Shown in pieces: positions 1 to 10,385 of a stretch of 64,000 bases of DNA. Numbering within the stretch: the first letter of the stretch is position 1; each line of letters begins with the position of its first letter. Source of the stretch: an uncultured Gammaproteobacteria bacterium (GTDB lineage Bacteria; Patescibacteriota; Patescibacteriia; VMEV01; CAZAJQ01); contig CAZAJQ010000003.1 of assembly GCA_964485795.1 (NCBI GenBank), positions 68,940 to 132,939 on the forward strand, given 5' to 3'. Under the pieces are notes generated by a model. It worked only from the letters and a program-made list of their open reading frames with translations, searched no databases and was not told the DNA's origin. The translations under genes were made by a program, and so were the position numbers.

Positions 1-810
1 CAGATTGCCTATATGTCCGAGGAAGTCAAAGAATACAAGTTTCAGGATTATGTGAAAAAAGCTTCAAAAAAATTCGATAAAAAAGCTTTTGAAGTCAAAG
101 TGAAAGAAGGAAGCAAGGTGGGGGAAGGAACGGTGCTTTTTTATACCCCCGGAGGAGATGAAGTGCTTGCGGACATGGCCGGAAAAGTGAGCATCACGGA
201 CATTGGACTGAGCATTGCCGGAAAACAGGAAAAGACCGATGAATACCTTGTTCCCTTGGGAATGAATATTCTCGTATCCGATGGAACACTCGTGGAAAAG
301 GGCGAAAAATTGACCGAAGGCAATATTGATCTCAAGCAGCTGTATCGTCTCAAAGGCGTTCTCCCTACCCAAGAATATATCATTAAGGAGATCAAAGAAA
401 TTTACGCGTCCCAAGGACAAAAGCTCAATGACAAGCACGTGGAGATCATTTCACGTCAAATGTTTTCACGCGTCTCTATCAAGGATCCCGGAGATACGGA
501 TTTGTTGCCCGGCGACATCATCGAACGATCCGAACTTTTGGAGCACAATGCGAAATTGCAAAAGGGTCAGAAAAAAGCGGTTGGCGAAAGACTGCTTTTG
601 GGAGTGACAAAAGTCTCGCTTTCCACGCGCAGCTTTCTTGCGGCCGCTTCTTTTCAGGAAACCGCCAAAGTGCTTATCAACGCTGCAATAAACGGCAAAG
701 TGGATCGTCTCGAGGGTTTGAAAGAAAATGTCATCATCGGACGTTTGATTCCCGTGGGAGCCAGCTACAAACCCGACCAGCCAAAAAAATCTTCGGAAAG
801 CATCGGATAA
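1..810 (+). CDS. rpoC: DNA-directed RNA polymerase subunit beta' (C-terminal part; 5' end lies outside the window)
   Basis: ORF 13..810 stays open back to position 1. Translation ends with ...VTKVSLSTRSFLAAASFQETAKVLINAAINGKVDRLEGLKENVIIGRLIPVG, the conserved C-terminal signature of RpoC. Confidence 0.85.
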   Translation, partial: QIAYMSEEVKEYKFQDYVKKASKKFDKKAFEVKVKEGSKVGEGTVLFYTPGGDEVLADMAGKVSITDIGLSIAGKQEKTDEYLVPLGMNILVSDGTLVEKGEKLTEGNIDLKQLYRLKGVLPTQEYIIKEIKEIYASQGQKLNDKHVEIISRQMFSRVSIKDPGDTDLLPGDIIERSELLEHNAKLQKGQKKAVGERLLLGVTKVSLSTRSFLAAASFQETAKVLINAAINGKVDRLEGLKENVIIGRLIPVGASYKPDQPKKSSESIG

Positions 811-890
811 ATTTTGATCACTCCTCGTTTTGAGTTTTCATCAAATGGCTTCATTCCAATCGTTTTGATATACTACAAAACAGTAGGCTT

Positions 891-3158
891 TTGCCTGCTG
901 TTTTTCGTCATAGCGGGAAAAATATGAAATCAAAGAAGTATTCCAAAAAAAATGAGACGGATACCGATGACGGACAGATGCTTTCCCCGGAAGTGAAAGC
1001 CGGTATTGTCGTGGTGGTCGGTTTTGTTATGACATTTTTCAGCGTTATCAGCTTATTTGGCGGCGGACTTATAGCGGGTCGAGCATGGAATACCGTGCTT
1101 GTTTTGCTTTTCGGCTGGGGACGATTTATGGTGCCGATACTGTTGCTCGCGTTAACGTACGGCGCGTATAAAAATTTTTCACTTTTGAGCTTGCGTCAGA
1201 ATATCAGCTTGGGAGTGCTGACGCTCTGCCTCTTGGCATTGTTTCACCTCTGGATTGATTCGGAATCCGCTTTTGAAGCGGTTTCTTCCGGATATGGGGG
1301 CGGGTATATCGGTTTTTTGCTTTCATTTCCCATGCTTTTTTTTATGGGGTTTTGGGCGAGTTTCATGGTGCTTGTCGGAGCCGGTCTCATCGCTCTTGTG
1401 GTGCTTTTGAATCGTCCATTGCATGCGTGGTTTCGCATGCCATCATGGTTTGAACGATTGAAATCGCGTTTTGGCGGAGAATCTTTTGGCGATGAAGATG
1501 AGGAAAAAGAGGATGATGTGACCTTTACCGCCAAACCGTTGTCGGAAGATCATCAGCCGATGGAGGAGGACGAAGAACCTGAAAGTGACGAGGAAGACAA
1601 AGGATCAGCTTCCGAGAATGAAACGCCTCATGCGACCGAAGCGAGGCAAAGGGATCCTTTGGATTTTAAAAATCCCTATGCGGGTGCGGTATTGGATATT
1701 CCGCTTGGCCTTCTCAATAATAAGGTGGGTAAACCGACCACCGGAGACATACGAAGCACCATGCAAAAAATTCAGAAAACATTGGCGAATTTCAACATTT
1801 CCGTGGATATGGGAGAAGTTTCCGTGGGACCCACGGTGACGGAATACACGCTCAAGCCCGCGGAAGGTGTCAAGATTTCTCGCATCACGGCGTTGCAAAA
1901 TGATCTCTCCCTTGCGGTTGCAGCGCATCCGATCCGCATCGAAGCGCCGATTCCCGGGAAATCGCTTATCGGTATCGAAGTGCCCAATAAGGGCGTGGCC
2001 ATAGTCCCGTTGCGTCATATTTTGGAATCCGCGGAATATAAAAAAAACGAGTCTTTATTGACCATCGCTTTGGGAAAGGACGTTTCCGGAAAACCGTGGA
2101 TTACCAGTTTGGACAAATTGCCTCATTTGCTGGTGGCCGGTGCCACTGGAGCGGGAAAATCCGTGTATTTGAACAGCATGATCATCAGTTTGCTTTACAA
2201 AAATTCGCCGGAAACTTTGCGTTTTATCATGGTGGATCCCAAACGGGTTGAATTGACCACCTACAATCACCTTCCGCATCTTTTGACGCCCGTGATCACG
2301 GATATCAAAAAAACGGTCAATGCCCTCAAATGGTTGCTTTCGGAAATGGACGGCCGCTATACCGTGCTTTCAAAGGCCGGCAAACGCAATATCGCTGGAT
2401 ACAATGAAAGTGCCGTGCAGAAAATGCCGTATATTGTGGTAATCATCGATGAATTGGCGGATCTTATGGTGACGGCCGGGCATGAGATCGAGGGAGCGAT
2501 CATTCGCCTCGCTCAAATGGCGAGAGCCGTTGGCATTCACCTGGTATTGGCGACGCAGCGTCCCTCGGTGGACGTCATCACCGGTCTCATCAAGGCCAAT
2601 ATCCCCGGAAGAATCGCATTTGCGGTTGCTTCCATCACGGATTCGCGAACGATTTTGGACATGGCCGGAGCCGATAAGCTGATCGGGCGAGGAGATATGC
2701 TTTTTTTGAACGCCGAAATGTCAAAGCCAAAACGCATTCAGGGCGCCTTGGTGACCGATCTGGAAATGAAAAGAATCGTGCGGCATATCAAGGACGCTTT
2801 GGGTCAGCCGCAGTATATCGAAGAGGTGGTGAGCAAACAAAAAATAGGACAAACGAGTTTTGACTATTCGGACGATGATTCGGATGGAGATGATCTGCTG
2901 CAAGAAGCGAAGCAGGAAATCATTCGGGTCGGAAAGGCTTCGGCGTCATTTTTGCAGCGTCGTTTGAAAATCGGCTATGCTCGCGCAGCAAGGCTCTTGG
3001 ATCTGCTTGAGGCCGAAGGAGTGATAGGCCCCGCCGATGGAGCCAAGCCTCGGGAGATACTGTCCGTCGAGGTCGCGGAAGAAGATGCTCCATCGGATGC
3101 CGCAGACGATTTCACTTCCGAGGAAACGTTTTCGTCCGAAGATAAAAACATGACGTAG
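891..3158 (+). CDS. ftsK: DNA translocase FtsK/SpoIIIE
   Basis: N-terminal multi-TM region, then a Walker A motor (LLVAGATGAGKSVYLNSMI) and ...VIIDELADLMV. A C-terminal gamma/winged-helix domain is present (LQRRLKIGYARAARLLDLLEAEGVIG). An alternative start at the internal Met (924) is possible. Confidence 0.85.
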   Translation: MPAVFRHSGKNMKSKKYSKKNETDTDDGQMLSPEVKAGIVVVVGFVMTFFSVISLFGGGLIAGRAWNTVLVLLFGWGRFMVPILLLALTYGAYKNFSLLSLRQNISLGVLTLCLLALFHLWIDSESAFEAVSSGYGGGYIGFLLSFPMLFFMGFWASFMVLVGAGLIALVVLLNRPLHAWFRMPSWFERLKSRFGGESFGDEDEEKEDDVTFTAKPLSEDHQPMEEDEEPESDEEDKGSASENETPHATEARQRDPLDFKNPYAGAVLDIPLGLLNNKVGKPTTGDIRSTMQKIQKTLANFNISVDMGEVSVGPTVTEYTLKPAEGVKISRITALQNDLSLAVAAHPIRIEAPIPGKSLIGIEVPNKGVAIVPLRHILESAEYKKNESLLTIALGKDVSGKPWITSLDKLPHLLVAGATGAGKSVYLNSMIISLLYKNSPETLRFIMVDPKRVELTTYNHLPHLLTPVITDIKKTVNALKWLLSEMDGRYTVLSKAGKRNIAGYNESAVQKMPYIVVIIDELADLMVTAGHEIEGAIIRLAQMARAVGIHLVLATQRPSVDVITGLIKANIPGRIAFAVASITDSRTILDMAGADKLIGRGDMLFLNAEMSKPKRIQGALVTDLEMKRIVRHIKDALGQPQYIEEVVSKQKIGQTSFDYSDDDSDGDDLLQEAKQEIIRVGKASASFLQRRLKIGYARAARLLDLLEAEGVIGPADGAKPREILSVEVAEEDAPSDAADDFTSEETFSSEDKNMT

Positions 3159-3168
3159 AAAAAAAGCG

Positions 3169-3849
3169 ATGCCTATGATGTTTTTGAAAAGGACATTGCG
3201 CAATGCCGAAAGTCTCTCGCAAACCTTGCGAAGCATAAGGAAATCGCGCGGGTATTCGATCGATTCGGTTGCGGATTCCCTTGGCATTGACAGCGGATAC
3301 ATCCATGCCTTGGAAACGGGTCATTATGAGCTTTTGCCGGGCATAACCTATATTCGGCAGTATTTGAGAAAATATTGCGATTTGCTTTGTATCAAGCACG
3401 ATGAAGTCTTGCAGATTTTTGACGATGAGTATCGACTTTTTGAAAAAAAGAAACGTTTTGATGAAGCGTCATATGCGGAAAAACGCCGTCCCATAAAGCT
3501 TTTTTTTACCCCGCAATATTTCAAGTACGGGGGAGTGATTGTTTCAATCGTATTTATATTCGCGTACTTTGCCACCGAGGCGAGCTCGATCATGAAACCT
3601 CCGGAGCTATTGGTCGAATATCCGGCTGATAATGCGGTACTGGATCACGAACTCATCGAGGTTTCCGGCCATGTCGAGAGTGAAGCCTTGGTGTTTATGA
3701 ACGGCCAGGAAGTGTTTCTCAACGAAAACGGACGATTTGAAGAACCCATGAACCTTTCCGAAGGGGTGAATATTCTCCGTATCACGGCGCAAAAAAAACA
3801 CGGCGCGAAAAAAGAAATTTTTCTTCGCGTGGTGGTCAAAGAACCGTGA
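3169..3849 (+). CDS. HTH (XRE-like) membrane protein, RodZ-like
   Basis: N-terminal HTH resembles RodZ (SRGYSIDSVADSLGI...YIHALETGHYELLPGITYIRQYLRKY). A single TM helix follows (GVIVSIVFIFAYFATEA), then a C-terminal extracytoplasmic domain. Confidence 0.5.
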   Translation: MPMMFLKRTLRNAESLSQTLRSIRKSRGYSIDSVADSLGIDSGYIHALETGHYELLPGITYIRQYLRKYCDLLCIKHDEVLQIFDDEYRLFEKKKRFDEASYAEKRRPIKLFFTPQYFKYGGVIVSIVFIFAYFATEASSIMKPPELLVEYPADNAVLDHELIEVSGHVESEALVFMNGQEVFLNENGRFEEPMNLSEGVNILRITAQKKHGAKKEIFLRVVVKEP

Positions 3850-4033
3850 TTTTTTTTGCAAATATTTTATTTTTTTGCTAAACTTTTGGAATTCGGAAAG
3901 TGGGCATGCTCTCTTGATTCGAGAGGTGCATGAAGCCATCATCCCAACGTAGGAGTAAGGATGAACATACAACGCAAAAATGATCGAGAGAGAGAAAGCG
4001 TGGTGTATTCATTTTTACTCTTAATTTTTTTCT

Positions 4034-5080
4034 ATGGCAGATTTATCCGTCCTTCCCAATCCGGATCTCAAATCCGCGAACAAGAGTGAACGTTTCAACG
4101 CGGCCTTTGAAGCCATGAATCAGATCAAAGAGCGTTTCGGCGAAGGGGCGATCATGAAGCTTGGCGAGGCCAAAAACATGAATGTGAATGTGATTTCCAC
4201 CGGATGTCTGTCTTTGGACATCGCCCTTGGAGTCGGCGGAGTTCCACTGGGACGCGTCATCGAAATCTACGGACCGGAATCCTCGGGGAAAACCACGTTG
4301 GCTCAGCATATCATCGCCGAAGTGCAGAAAAAGGGCGGCATTGCGGCCTTTGTTGACGCCGAGCATGCTCTGGATCCCGAATACGCGAAGAAATTGGGCG
4401 TGAAAATCAATGATCTCCTCATTTCACAGCCCGATACCGGAGAACAGGCTTTGGAAATCGTGGAAACGTTGGTGAGATCCAATGCCATCGATGTGATCGT
4501 GGTGGATTCCGTGGCGGCGCTTACGCCAAAAGCCGAGCTGGAGGGCGATATGGGAGATTCGCATATGGGATTGCAAGCGAGGCTTATGAGTCAGGCGTTG
4601 CGGAAGCTTACGGCCATCATCGGAAAGACGAATACCATCGTTGTTTTCATCAATCAGACGCGACAAAAAATCGGCGTGATTTTTGGAAATCCCGAGACGA
4701 CCACCGGAGGCACGGCGTTGAAATTTTACGCTTCGGTGCGCATTGAGATACGAAAATCTGCGCAGATCAAGCAGGGGGATCGCATCATCGGAAATCGCGT
4801 GAAAGTGAAAATCGTGAAAAACAAAGTGGCGCCGCCGTTTCAAGCAACCGAGTTTGACATCATGTACAATGAAGGAATTTCTTTGTCCGGCGACACGCTC
4901 GATGTGGGCGTACAGCACAACGTGATCCAGAAAACCGGCAATTCCTACGCTTTCGGTGAGGTGAAGCTTGGCGTTGGTCGTGAAAAGGCGAGGATGATGC
5001 TCAAGGAAGATCCGAAGTTACTCAAAGATATTCGCGAAAAGACTTTTGAAGCCGCCAAAAAAGCGTTGCAAGAGGCGTGA
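4034..5080 (+). CDS. recA: Recombinase RecA
   Basis: Classic RecA sequence: [49 protein letters not shown] and [38 protein letters not shown]. Confidence 0.95.
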   Translation: MADLSVLPNPDLKSANKSERFNAAFEAMNQIKERFGEGAIMKLGEAKNMNVNVISTGCLSLDIALGVGGVPLGRVIEIYGPESSGKTTLAQHIIAEVQKKGGIAAFVDAEHALDPEYAKKLGVKINDLLISQPDTGEQALEIVETLVRSNAIDVIVVDSVAALTPKAELEGDMGDSHMGLQARLMSQALRKLTAIIGKTNTIVVFINQTRQKIGVIFGNPETTTGGTALKFYASVRIEIRKSAQIKQGDRIIGNRVKVKIVKNKVAPPFQATEFDIMYNEGISLSGDTLDVGVQHNVIQKTGNSYAFGEVKLGVGREKARMMLKEDPKLLKDIREKTFEAAKKALQEA

Positions 5081-5216
5081 AAGAATATTGATCTTTCGCT
5101 GTTGAAACGATATTAAAAAAGAGATTGAATGCACGATTGTGATGTCGGAAACAATCAAAAACCGCATCCCCTCGTAACAAGGAATGCGGTTTTCGTATTG
5201 TTGTATGAGACAAGTT

Positions 5217-5474
5217 TTAGCGCTTCACGGGGGACATAAGCGCCATGGTACGCGCTCGTTTGATTGCCTGAGCCAGTTTTCTTTGGTTTTTTGAGCAAAG
5301 ACCGCTTCGCTTTTGCGGTTTGATTTTTCCATACGAAGACACGAATTGACGAAGCAAATTCACGTCTTTGTAGTCTATGGATTCTATCCCGTGCTCCATA
5401 AAGTAGCACTTTTCCTTTTTCAAGGTTTGAGATTTAGGCGAATGGGATGTCTTCGATCTTGATTTCTTCATCAT
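5217..5474 (-). CDS. rpsR: 30S ribosomal protein S18
   Basis: [19 protein letters not shown]...[24 protein letters not shown] is the S18 signature. The annotated start overlaps the ssb 3' end by 41 nt. An internal Met at about 5399 is an alternative start. Confidence 0.8.
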   Translation of the reverse strand: MMKKSRSKTSHSPKSQTLKKEKCYFMEHGIESIDYKDVNLLRQFVSSYGKIKPQKRSGLCSKNQRKLAQAIKRARTMALMSPVKR

Positions 5475-5880
5475 GGCTGTTGGGGTTAGTCATTTGAGAT
5501 GCGATTGCATTTGGGAGACTTCCTGGCGCGGGCGCTGCATTTCCCGATGTACCCGCGGAGTCCAGCATAATCATATTTTCCGCGATGATTTCCGTGCGAT
5601 ACTTGGTAACGCCGTTTTGATCGGTCCAGTTGCGCGTTTGCAGTCTTCCTTCGAGGTACACTTTGGATCCTTTTTTGAGGTATTGATTGCAAATTTCTGC
5701 AAGCTTCCTCCAAGCGACGATATTGTGAAATTCCGAGCGATCCTGCTTTTGCCCAGAAGCGTCTTTCCATGCAAAATTGGTGGCTATGGCAAAGGTGGAA
5801 ACATTGGTGCCATTGGCAAGCGACTTGGCTTCCGGCGCTCGCGTCAGACGTCCGATGATCATGACTTTATTGAGATCCAT
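5434..5880 (-). CDS. ssb: Single-stranded DNA-binding protein
   Basis: OB-fold SSB signature ([35 protein letters not shown]...[36 protein letters not shown]). An acidic C-terminal tail ends with DIPF. It sits in the rpsF-ssb-rpsR arrangement. Confidence 0.85.
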   Translation of the reverse strand: MDLNKVMIIGRLTRAPEAKSLANGTNVSTFAIATNFAWKDASGQKQDRSEFHNIVAWRKLAEICNQYLKKGSKVYLEGRLQTRNWTDQNGVTKYRTEIIAENMIMLDSAGTSGNAAPAPGSLPNAIASQMTNPNSHDEEIKIEDIPFA

Positions 5881-5930
5881 ATCGACTTTTCAATGTTTCG
5901 CAGTCTTTAAAAAGACTCGTCGGCATTCTT

Positions 5931-6461
5931 TTATATGTTTTTCAAATCCGATCCTTCCACCATCTTGTCCAGCTTTTCATCGAGATTTTTCAGCGATTTT
6001 TCCAAATCCGCCGAGGTGGGAATCGGGCGAGGTTTGGGCTGCGTGCGCGGTTTTTCGGTCATTCTTCGCTCCTTTTCCTTGGCTTTTTCTTCGGCCTTGT
6101 TTTTTTCGGCTGCTTGCGCCTGATCTTCCGCTTCGCGTCGTTTTTGGTAAGCAATGTCCAAAGTATGCCATTTGTGGTCAAATTTGACAATCATATGACG
6201 CAACACTTCGTCGGTAACGCGCAGGGATTGATTGATGGCATGAAGTTTTGCAGGTTCGGTTTTGAACTGTTCCAAGATATAATAGCCGTGCTGGAACTGT
6301 TTGATGGTGTAGGCGAGTTTTCGGCGACCCAAAGAGCCGCTTTTGACGATCTCAGAATCATGTTTTTTCAGGATATTTCGAACCTGATCCTGAATTTTGG
6401 GAAGTTCATTTTCCGAATAAATATTCGGTATGATATACAGCATCTCGTATTCTTGAAGCAT
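5931..6461 (-). CDS. rpsF: 30S ribosomal protein S6, with a long K/E-rich C-terminal extension
   Basis: N-terminal S6 fold (YEMLYIIPNIYSENELPKIQDQV...GRRKLAYTI), about 100 aa, followed by a roughly 70-aa low-complexity K/E/A tail. The gene is upstream of ssb-rpsR. Confidence 0.8.
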   Translation of the reverse strand: MLQEYEMLYIIPNIYSENELPKIQDQVRNILKKHDSEIVKSGSLGRRKLAYTIKQFQHGYYILEQFKTEPAKLHAINQSLRVTDEVLRHMIVKFDHKWHTLDIAYQKRREAEDQAQAAEKNKAEEKAKEKERRMTEKPRTQPKPRPIPTSADLEKSLKNLDEKLDKMVEGSDLKNI

Positions 6462-6649
6462 ACATTGACATTTAGCCTGACTTTATGGTAGTTAGGCAGG
6501 TATATCGGGAGGATATACCCATGGGTAAATGATTCTTTTTTCTTGAGAATTTCATGAGAAATCTCAATAATGAAGGTTAGATTAGCATGGTTTTGAAAAA
6601 AATGTCAATGTTTTTGAGAGTGTTAAAAATAAAGTAAAAAAGATTCTTT

Positions 6650-7903
6650 TTGAAAGGTATGGAGTATTTTTTTATTTTCGGAAGTCATTATGAGCTTGCT
6701 TTGGCCGAACTCACCGCTTTTTTACGTCGCGAAAAAAAAGATTTTCGATTTTTGGGATTTCCGAAGCCTGCTGCGATTCTTCATATTGATGCGTCGGAAT
6801 CGTTCATCAGCGACTGCATCAAAAAACTTGGAGGTACGATCAAAACTGGCAAGGTAGAGCGCATGGCCGATCGATGCGATGTCAAGCATATGCTGAAATC
6901 GTTGCCCGAGAAGTCAGCGGATCCAAGCGATCCCAAGGTGATTTTTGGCGTCAGCGTTTACGGCGAAGGAATAAAAGACATGGGAAAAAAAATGGGAATG
7001 AGCATAAAAAAGCATTTGAAAGAGCGCGGATATAAAGTCAGATACGTGGAAAGTAAGGATACGCAGCTTTCGGCCGTGTCTGTGACCAAGGAAAAGCTCA
7101 TTACCAAAGGAACGGAATATGTGATCATCCGCGATGGAAGTCATTTTTATTATGGAAAAACTTTGAATGTTTTTGATTATGAGCTTTTTTCGGTACGCGA
7201 TTATGGTCGCCCGTTTCGCGATGCTGCGTCGGGTATGATTCCTCCGAAATTGGCGCGAATCATGATTCAGCTGGCCACCGAATCTCTCGATTCAAAAGCT
7301 TTGTTGATTGATCCCTTTTGCGGCTCCGGAACTTTTTTGCAAGAAGCGTATTTGCTTGACTTTGAAAATTTTATCTGTTCTGATATATCACAGAAGGCGC
7401 TCTTGGACAGCCAAAGAAATTTTGCTTGGGCGAAACGTCAAAAATTGATACGCTCAAAACACGAGCCCATTTTTTTCTTGTCGGATATCAAAGCTTTACC
7501 CCAACAAATACAGGGAATGCGACTATGCGATGCCATCATCACCGAACCCTATCTCGGGCCGGCTTTGAAACATCATGCAGCAGCGAAAGAACTCGAGAGC
7601 GTCAAAAAAAACGTTGAGGATCTGTATCTTCGGGCTTTTGAGGCATTTCGCCGTCTTCTTCGACCACAAGGGCCAGTTGTAATGGTATGGCCGGCATGGG
7701 ATACGGGAAACGGATTGGTACGAATGAATATTTTGTCGAAAATTCGTTCATTGGGATTTGAACCTCAAGATATGCTTCCAAAAGAGTATCGCGAACGAAA
7801 TCAAAAACATGAATATCGCGATTCCGACGGCTTGCAGCTTTTCTACGGAAGGGAATATCAAAAGGTGATTCGAGAAATTTGGAAATTTCAGTTTCAGGGT
7901 TAA
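6650..7903 (+). CDS. Putative RNA (guanine-N2/N6-adenine type) methyltransferase, Trm14/RlmL-like
   Basis: Has the SAM-binding motif I (LIDPFCGSGTFLQEA), an upstream PPKLARIMIQLA and a catalytic (D/N)PPY-like motif (ITEPYLG). These are typical of THUMP-associated class I RNA methyltransferases. Confidence 0.5.
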   Translation: MKGMEYFFIFGSHYELALAELTAFLRREKKDFRFLGFPKPAAILHIDASESFISDCIKKLGGTIKTGKVERMADRCDVKHMLKSLPEKSADPSDPKVIFGVSVYGEGIKDMGKKMGMSIKKHLKERGYKVRYVESKDTQLSAVSVTKEKLITKGTEYVIIRDGSHFYYGKTLNVFDYELFSVRDYGRPFRDAASGMIPPKLARIMIQLATESLDSKALLIDPFCGSGTFLQEAYLLDFENFICSDISQKALLDSQRNFAWAKRQKLIRSKHEPIFFLSDIKALPQQIQGMRLCDAIITEPYLGPALKHHAAAKELESVKKNVEDLYLRAFEAFRRLLRPQGPVVMVWPAWDTGNGLVRMNILSKIRSLGFEPQDMLPKEYRERNQKHEYRDSDGLQLFYGREYQKVIREIWKFQFQG

Positions 7904-7926
7904 TTTTTTGAGCATGATTTATTTTT

Positions 7927-8475
7927 ATGAAAAAAACCGTTTCTCTGTTTTTATTTCACGATAATGAAGCGATTTTGGCCGTACGATCGCAGGGGCAGCA
8001 TTATGCCGGAGTATTGCAAGCGACGGCGCATGGGGAGATAGAAAGTGAGTTTGGGGAAAAAGAATCCGTCGCCTTGGGGCGGGAGCTTCTCGAAGAGACT
8101 TCTTTGACGCTTGACATGGTCAATGATCTCAGGTATTTGGACAAGAAAAAAGTGGGAGTCAGAAAAGAAGAAGAGTGCGGTTATTATGCCGGATCGGTTC
8201 CTTTTCATTTTTACAAGCTGATTCACCCTTGCGGCGAAATCGAACGATTCATCACGGTCGGCAAGGAATCCATAAAAAAAATTCAGCCTTTTTCGGCCAT
8301 GAAAAAAATTTTTCTAACTCCGGAAAGTCATATCAGTCCGGATGAGTATCTCGTGATGTTTGACGATGAGCTGGAAATACTTCAGACGATTTTTCAGACG
8401 ATGAAAACGGTCAAAACTGCTCAGGAAAAGAAGGCAAAAGGTGTGCCAATAAAAAAAGTTTCGATAAAGAAATGA
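7927..8475 (+). CDS. Nudix-like hydrolase (weak)
   Basis: Degenerate Nudix box (E...VALGRELLEETSL). No other recognisable domain. Confidence 0.35.
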   Translation: MKKTVSLFLFHDNEAILAVRSQGQHYAGVLQATAHGEIESEFGEKESVALGRELLEETSLTLDMVNDLRYLDKKKVGVRKEEECGYYAGSVPFHFYKLIHPCGEIERFITVGKESIKKIQPFSAMKKIFLTPESHISPDEYLVMFDDELEILQTIFQTMKTVKTAQEKKAKGVPIKKVSIKK

Positions 8476-8609
8476 CGCCCCAAGATTTTTTTCCGCGGCT
8501 ATCAGGACGATGAGAGAAGGTGCGTTTTGAAAAAAATCAAATGACGCAATAGAGGAGAAACGTCGAAATTTTTGTACAACGCTGAGAGAAAAAATTCGAG
8601 CGAGTTTGT

Positions 8610-9689
8610 CTAGACATTGACTCGAAAATGGCATACGTCTCCGTCACGTATCACATAATCTTTCCCTTCGACGCGCAGCAGCCCTTTTTCCTTGCAAAGC
8701 GTTTCGCCGTAATCGACGAAATGTTTCCAATCGATGACTTCGGCGCGAATAAAGTTTTTTTCAAAATCCGAGTGGATGACGCCCGCGGCTTGCGGCGCTT
8801 TGGTTCCCGCCGGAACGGTCCATGCGCGGCTTTCCTCTTTTCCGGAGGTGAAAAAGGTGAGCAGTCCCAAGAGACGGTAGCTGGCTTTGATGAGCGTAAA
8901 AAGTCCGGTTTCCCGTATGCCAAGTGACATCAGCATTTCCCGTTGTTCATCGTCGTTGAGTTCGACGAGCTCGGATTCGATTTTTGCGGATATATGAATT
9001 TCCTTGTCGTTGTTTGAGTGCGCATTGATTTCTTTTTCGGTGATATTGTATACCGTGAGCACGGGTTTTTCGGACAAAAGATTGAGTTCTTTGACAAAAG
9101 GGGATTCTTCTTCGGTGTGAAGAAGCGATCGAGAGGGCATGCCGGAATCAAGATGCGCTTTGAGACGCTCAAGGAATTGGCAATGCTTCTTGGCATTGAT
9201 ATTTTTCGGATCCCGAAGCGTTTTTTGCACGGCGGAGAGTCTTTTTTGAACCGTGTCGATATCCGCGTAAATGAGCTCGAGGGCAATGATCTCCATATCG
9301 TCTTGAGGCGATACCTTTCCGGAGACATGGATGACGTTGGGGTCATGAAAAGTGCGCACAACATGGCATATGGCGTCTACCTCGCGGATATTGTGAAGAA
9401 ACTTGTTTCCCAGTCCTTCGCCTTTCGAGGCGCCTTTGACGAGGCCGGCTATGTCGACGAACTCGATCGTTGTGAAAATCGTTTTTTCGCTATCCGAAAC
9501 TTTTGAGAGGGCAACGAGTCTTTCATCGGGCACGGCCACGCAGCCGATATTGGGTTCGATGGTGCAAAAAGGGTAATTGGACGCGTCGACTTGGATTTTT
9601 GTGAGAGCTTTAAACAAGGTGGATTTGCCCACATTGGGCAATCCGACGATACCGATGGAAAATGACATGGGCGTAATATTACGATGCAA
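8610..9689 (-). CDS. ychF: Ribosome-binding ATPase YchF (Obg-family GTPase)
   Basis: G1 motif (GIVGLPNVGKSTLFKALT), the YchF-specific NYPFCTIEPN and a C-terminal TGS domain (AGTKAPQAAGVIHSDFEKNFIRAEV). The likely true start is the internal MSFSIG, around 9668. Confidence 0.9.
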   Translation of the reverse strand: MHRNITPMSFSIGIVGLPNVGKSTLFKALTKIQVDASNYPFCTIEPNIGCVAVPDERLVALSKVSDSEKTIFTTIEFVDIAGLVKGASKGEGLGNKFLHNIREVDAICHVVRTFHDPNVIHVSGKVSPQDDMEIIALELIYADIDTVQKRLSAVQKTLRDPKNINAKKHCQFLERLKAHLDSGMPSRSLLHTEEESPFVKELNLLSEKPVLTVYNITEKEINAHSNNDKEIHISAKIESELVELNDDEQREMLMSLGIRETGLFTLIKASYRLLGLLTFFTSGKEESRAWTVPAGTKAPQAAGVIHSDFEKNFIRAEVIDWKHFVDYGETLCKEKGLLRVEGKDYVIRDGDVCHFRVNV

Positions 9690-9748
9690 TATGAAAAAAA
9701 GATCATGAAACTTTCACCGTCTTTTTCTCATCTTTCATCATATTCAAC

Positions 9749-10141
9749 ATGTTTTATATTTTTATTGTGATTTTTCTTTTGCCGTTTATTGAGCTGTATC
9801 TTTTGCTTTGGGTCGCTCAGGTTTTGGGGGCTTGGAACGCTTTTTCATTGATCATGATTGCCGGGATTATCGGCATCATGCTCGTGAGGTGGACGGGGGT
9901 GCTGATGCATAAAAAATTCATTTCCGATATGCGGAAGGGGATTATCCCGGCCGAGTCGATGTTTGACGCATTCATCATTTTTCTTTGCGGCGTTTTGCTT
10001 GTGATTCCGGGATTTATCACGGATATCATCGGTCTTGCATTGCTTATTCCTTTTTTCCGCAATCTTTTAAAACATTGGATCAAGGGGCGTATGGTGCGAA
10101 AAAGATCCTCCTATCAAGCCGAATATCGGGTCAAAGATTGA
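9749..10141 (+). CDS. fxsA: FxsA-family membrane protein
   Basis: Two TM helices and the FxsA-like LLVIPGFITDIIGLALLIP motif. Length is about 130 aa. Confidence 0.55.
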   Translation: MFYIFIVIFLLPFIELYLLLWVAQVLGAWNAFSLIMIAGIIGIMLVRWTGVLMHKKFISDMRKGIIPAESMFDAFIIFLCGVLLVIPGFITDIIGLALLIPFFRNLLKHWIKGRMVRKRSSYQAEYRVKD

Positions 10142-10261
10142 AAGAGCGGGATTCAATGGGAATGTATTATTTCCAACACATACGTTTGATACATGGATGG
10201 TAGCGATGCACGGATCGCATAAGGCGATGAATGGATCGCGTAAGGCGATGCACGGATGTGT

Positions 10262-10309
10262 GGATGGATGGTAAGGATGAATCTATGTGTTCATCCTTAC
10301 CATCCATCC
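10262..10309. repeat. Perfect 20-bp-arm inverted repeat (hairpin): ggatggatggtaaggatgaa / 8-nt loop / ttcatccttaccatccatcc
   Basis: Read directly from the sequence. It lies in the convergent intergenic region between fxsA (+) and folD (-). Confidence 0.9.
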
Positions 10310-10350
10310 ATGACGTGTGAGTGGCCGTTGGCACATCGTATTCGGTAGCG

Positions 10351-10385
10351 GGGTAGGGATGAACCTATGTGTTCATCCCTACCCC
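10351..10385. repeat. Second perfect inverted repeat: gggtagggatgaac / ctatgtg / gttcatccctaccc. It shares the GGATGAA...TTCATCC core with the first.
   Basis: Read directly. The stem core matches the first hairpin (..aggatgaa [loop ..tatgtg] ttcatcc..), which suggests the two are related copies. Confidence 0.9.

Noticed and set aside
5434-5474. 41-nt overlap between the ssb 3' end and the annotated rpsR start as evidence of a frameshift or fusion
   Set aside because: More simply explained by rpsR initiating at the internal Met (about 5399). The S18 core begins after that point. There is no evidence of a fusion.
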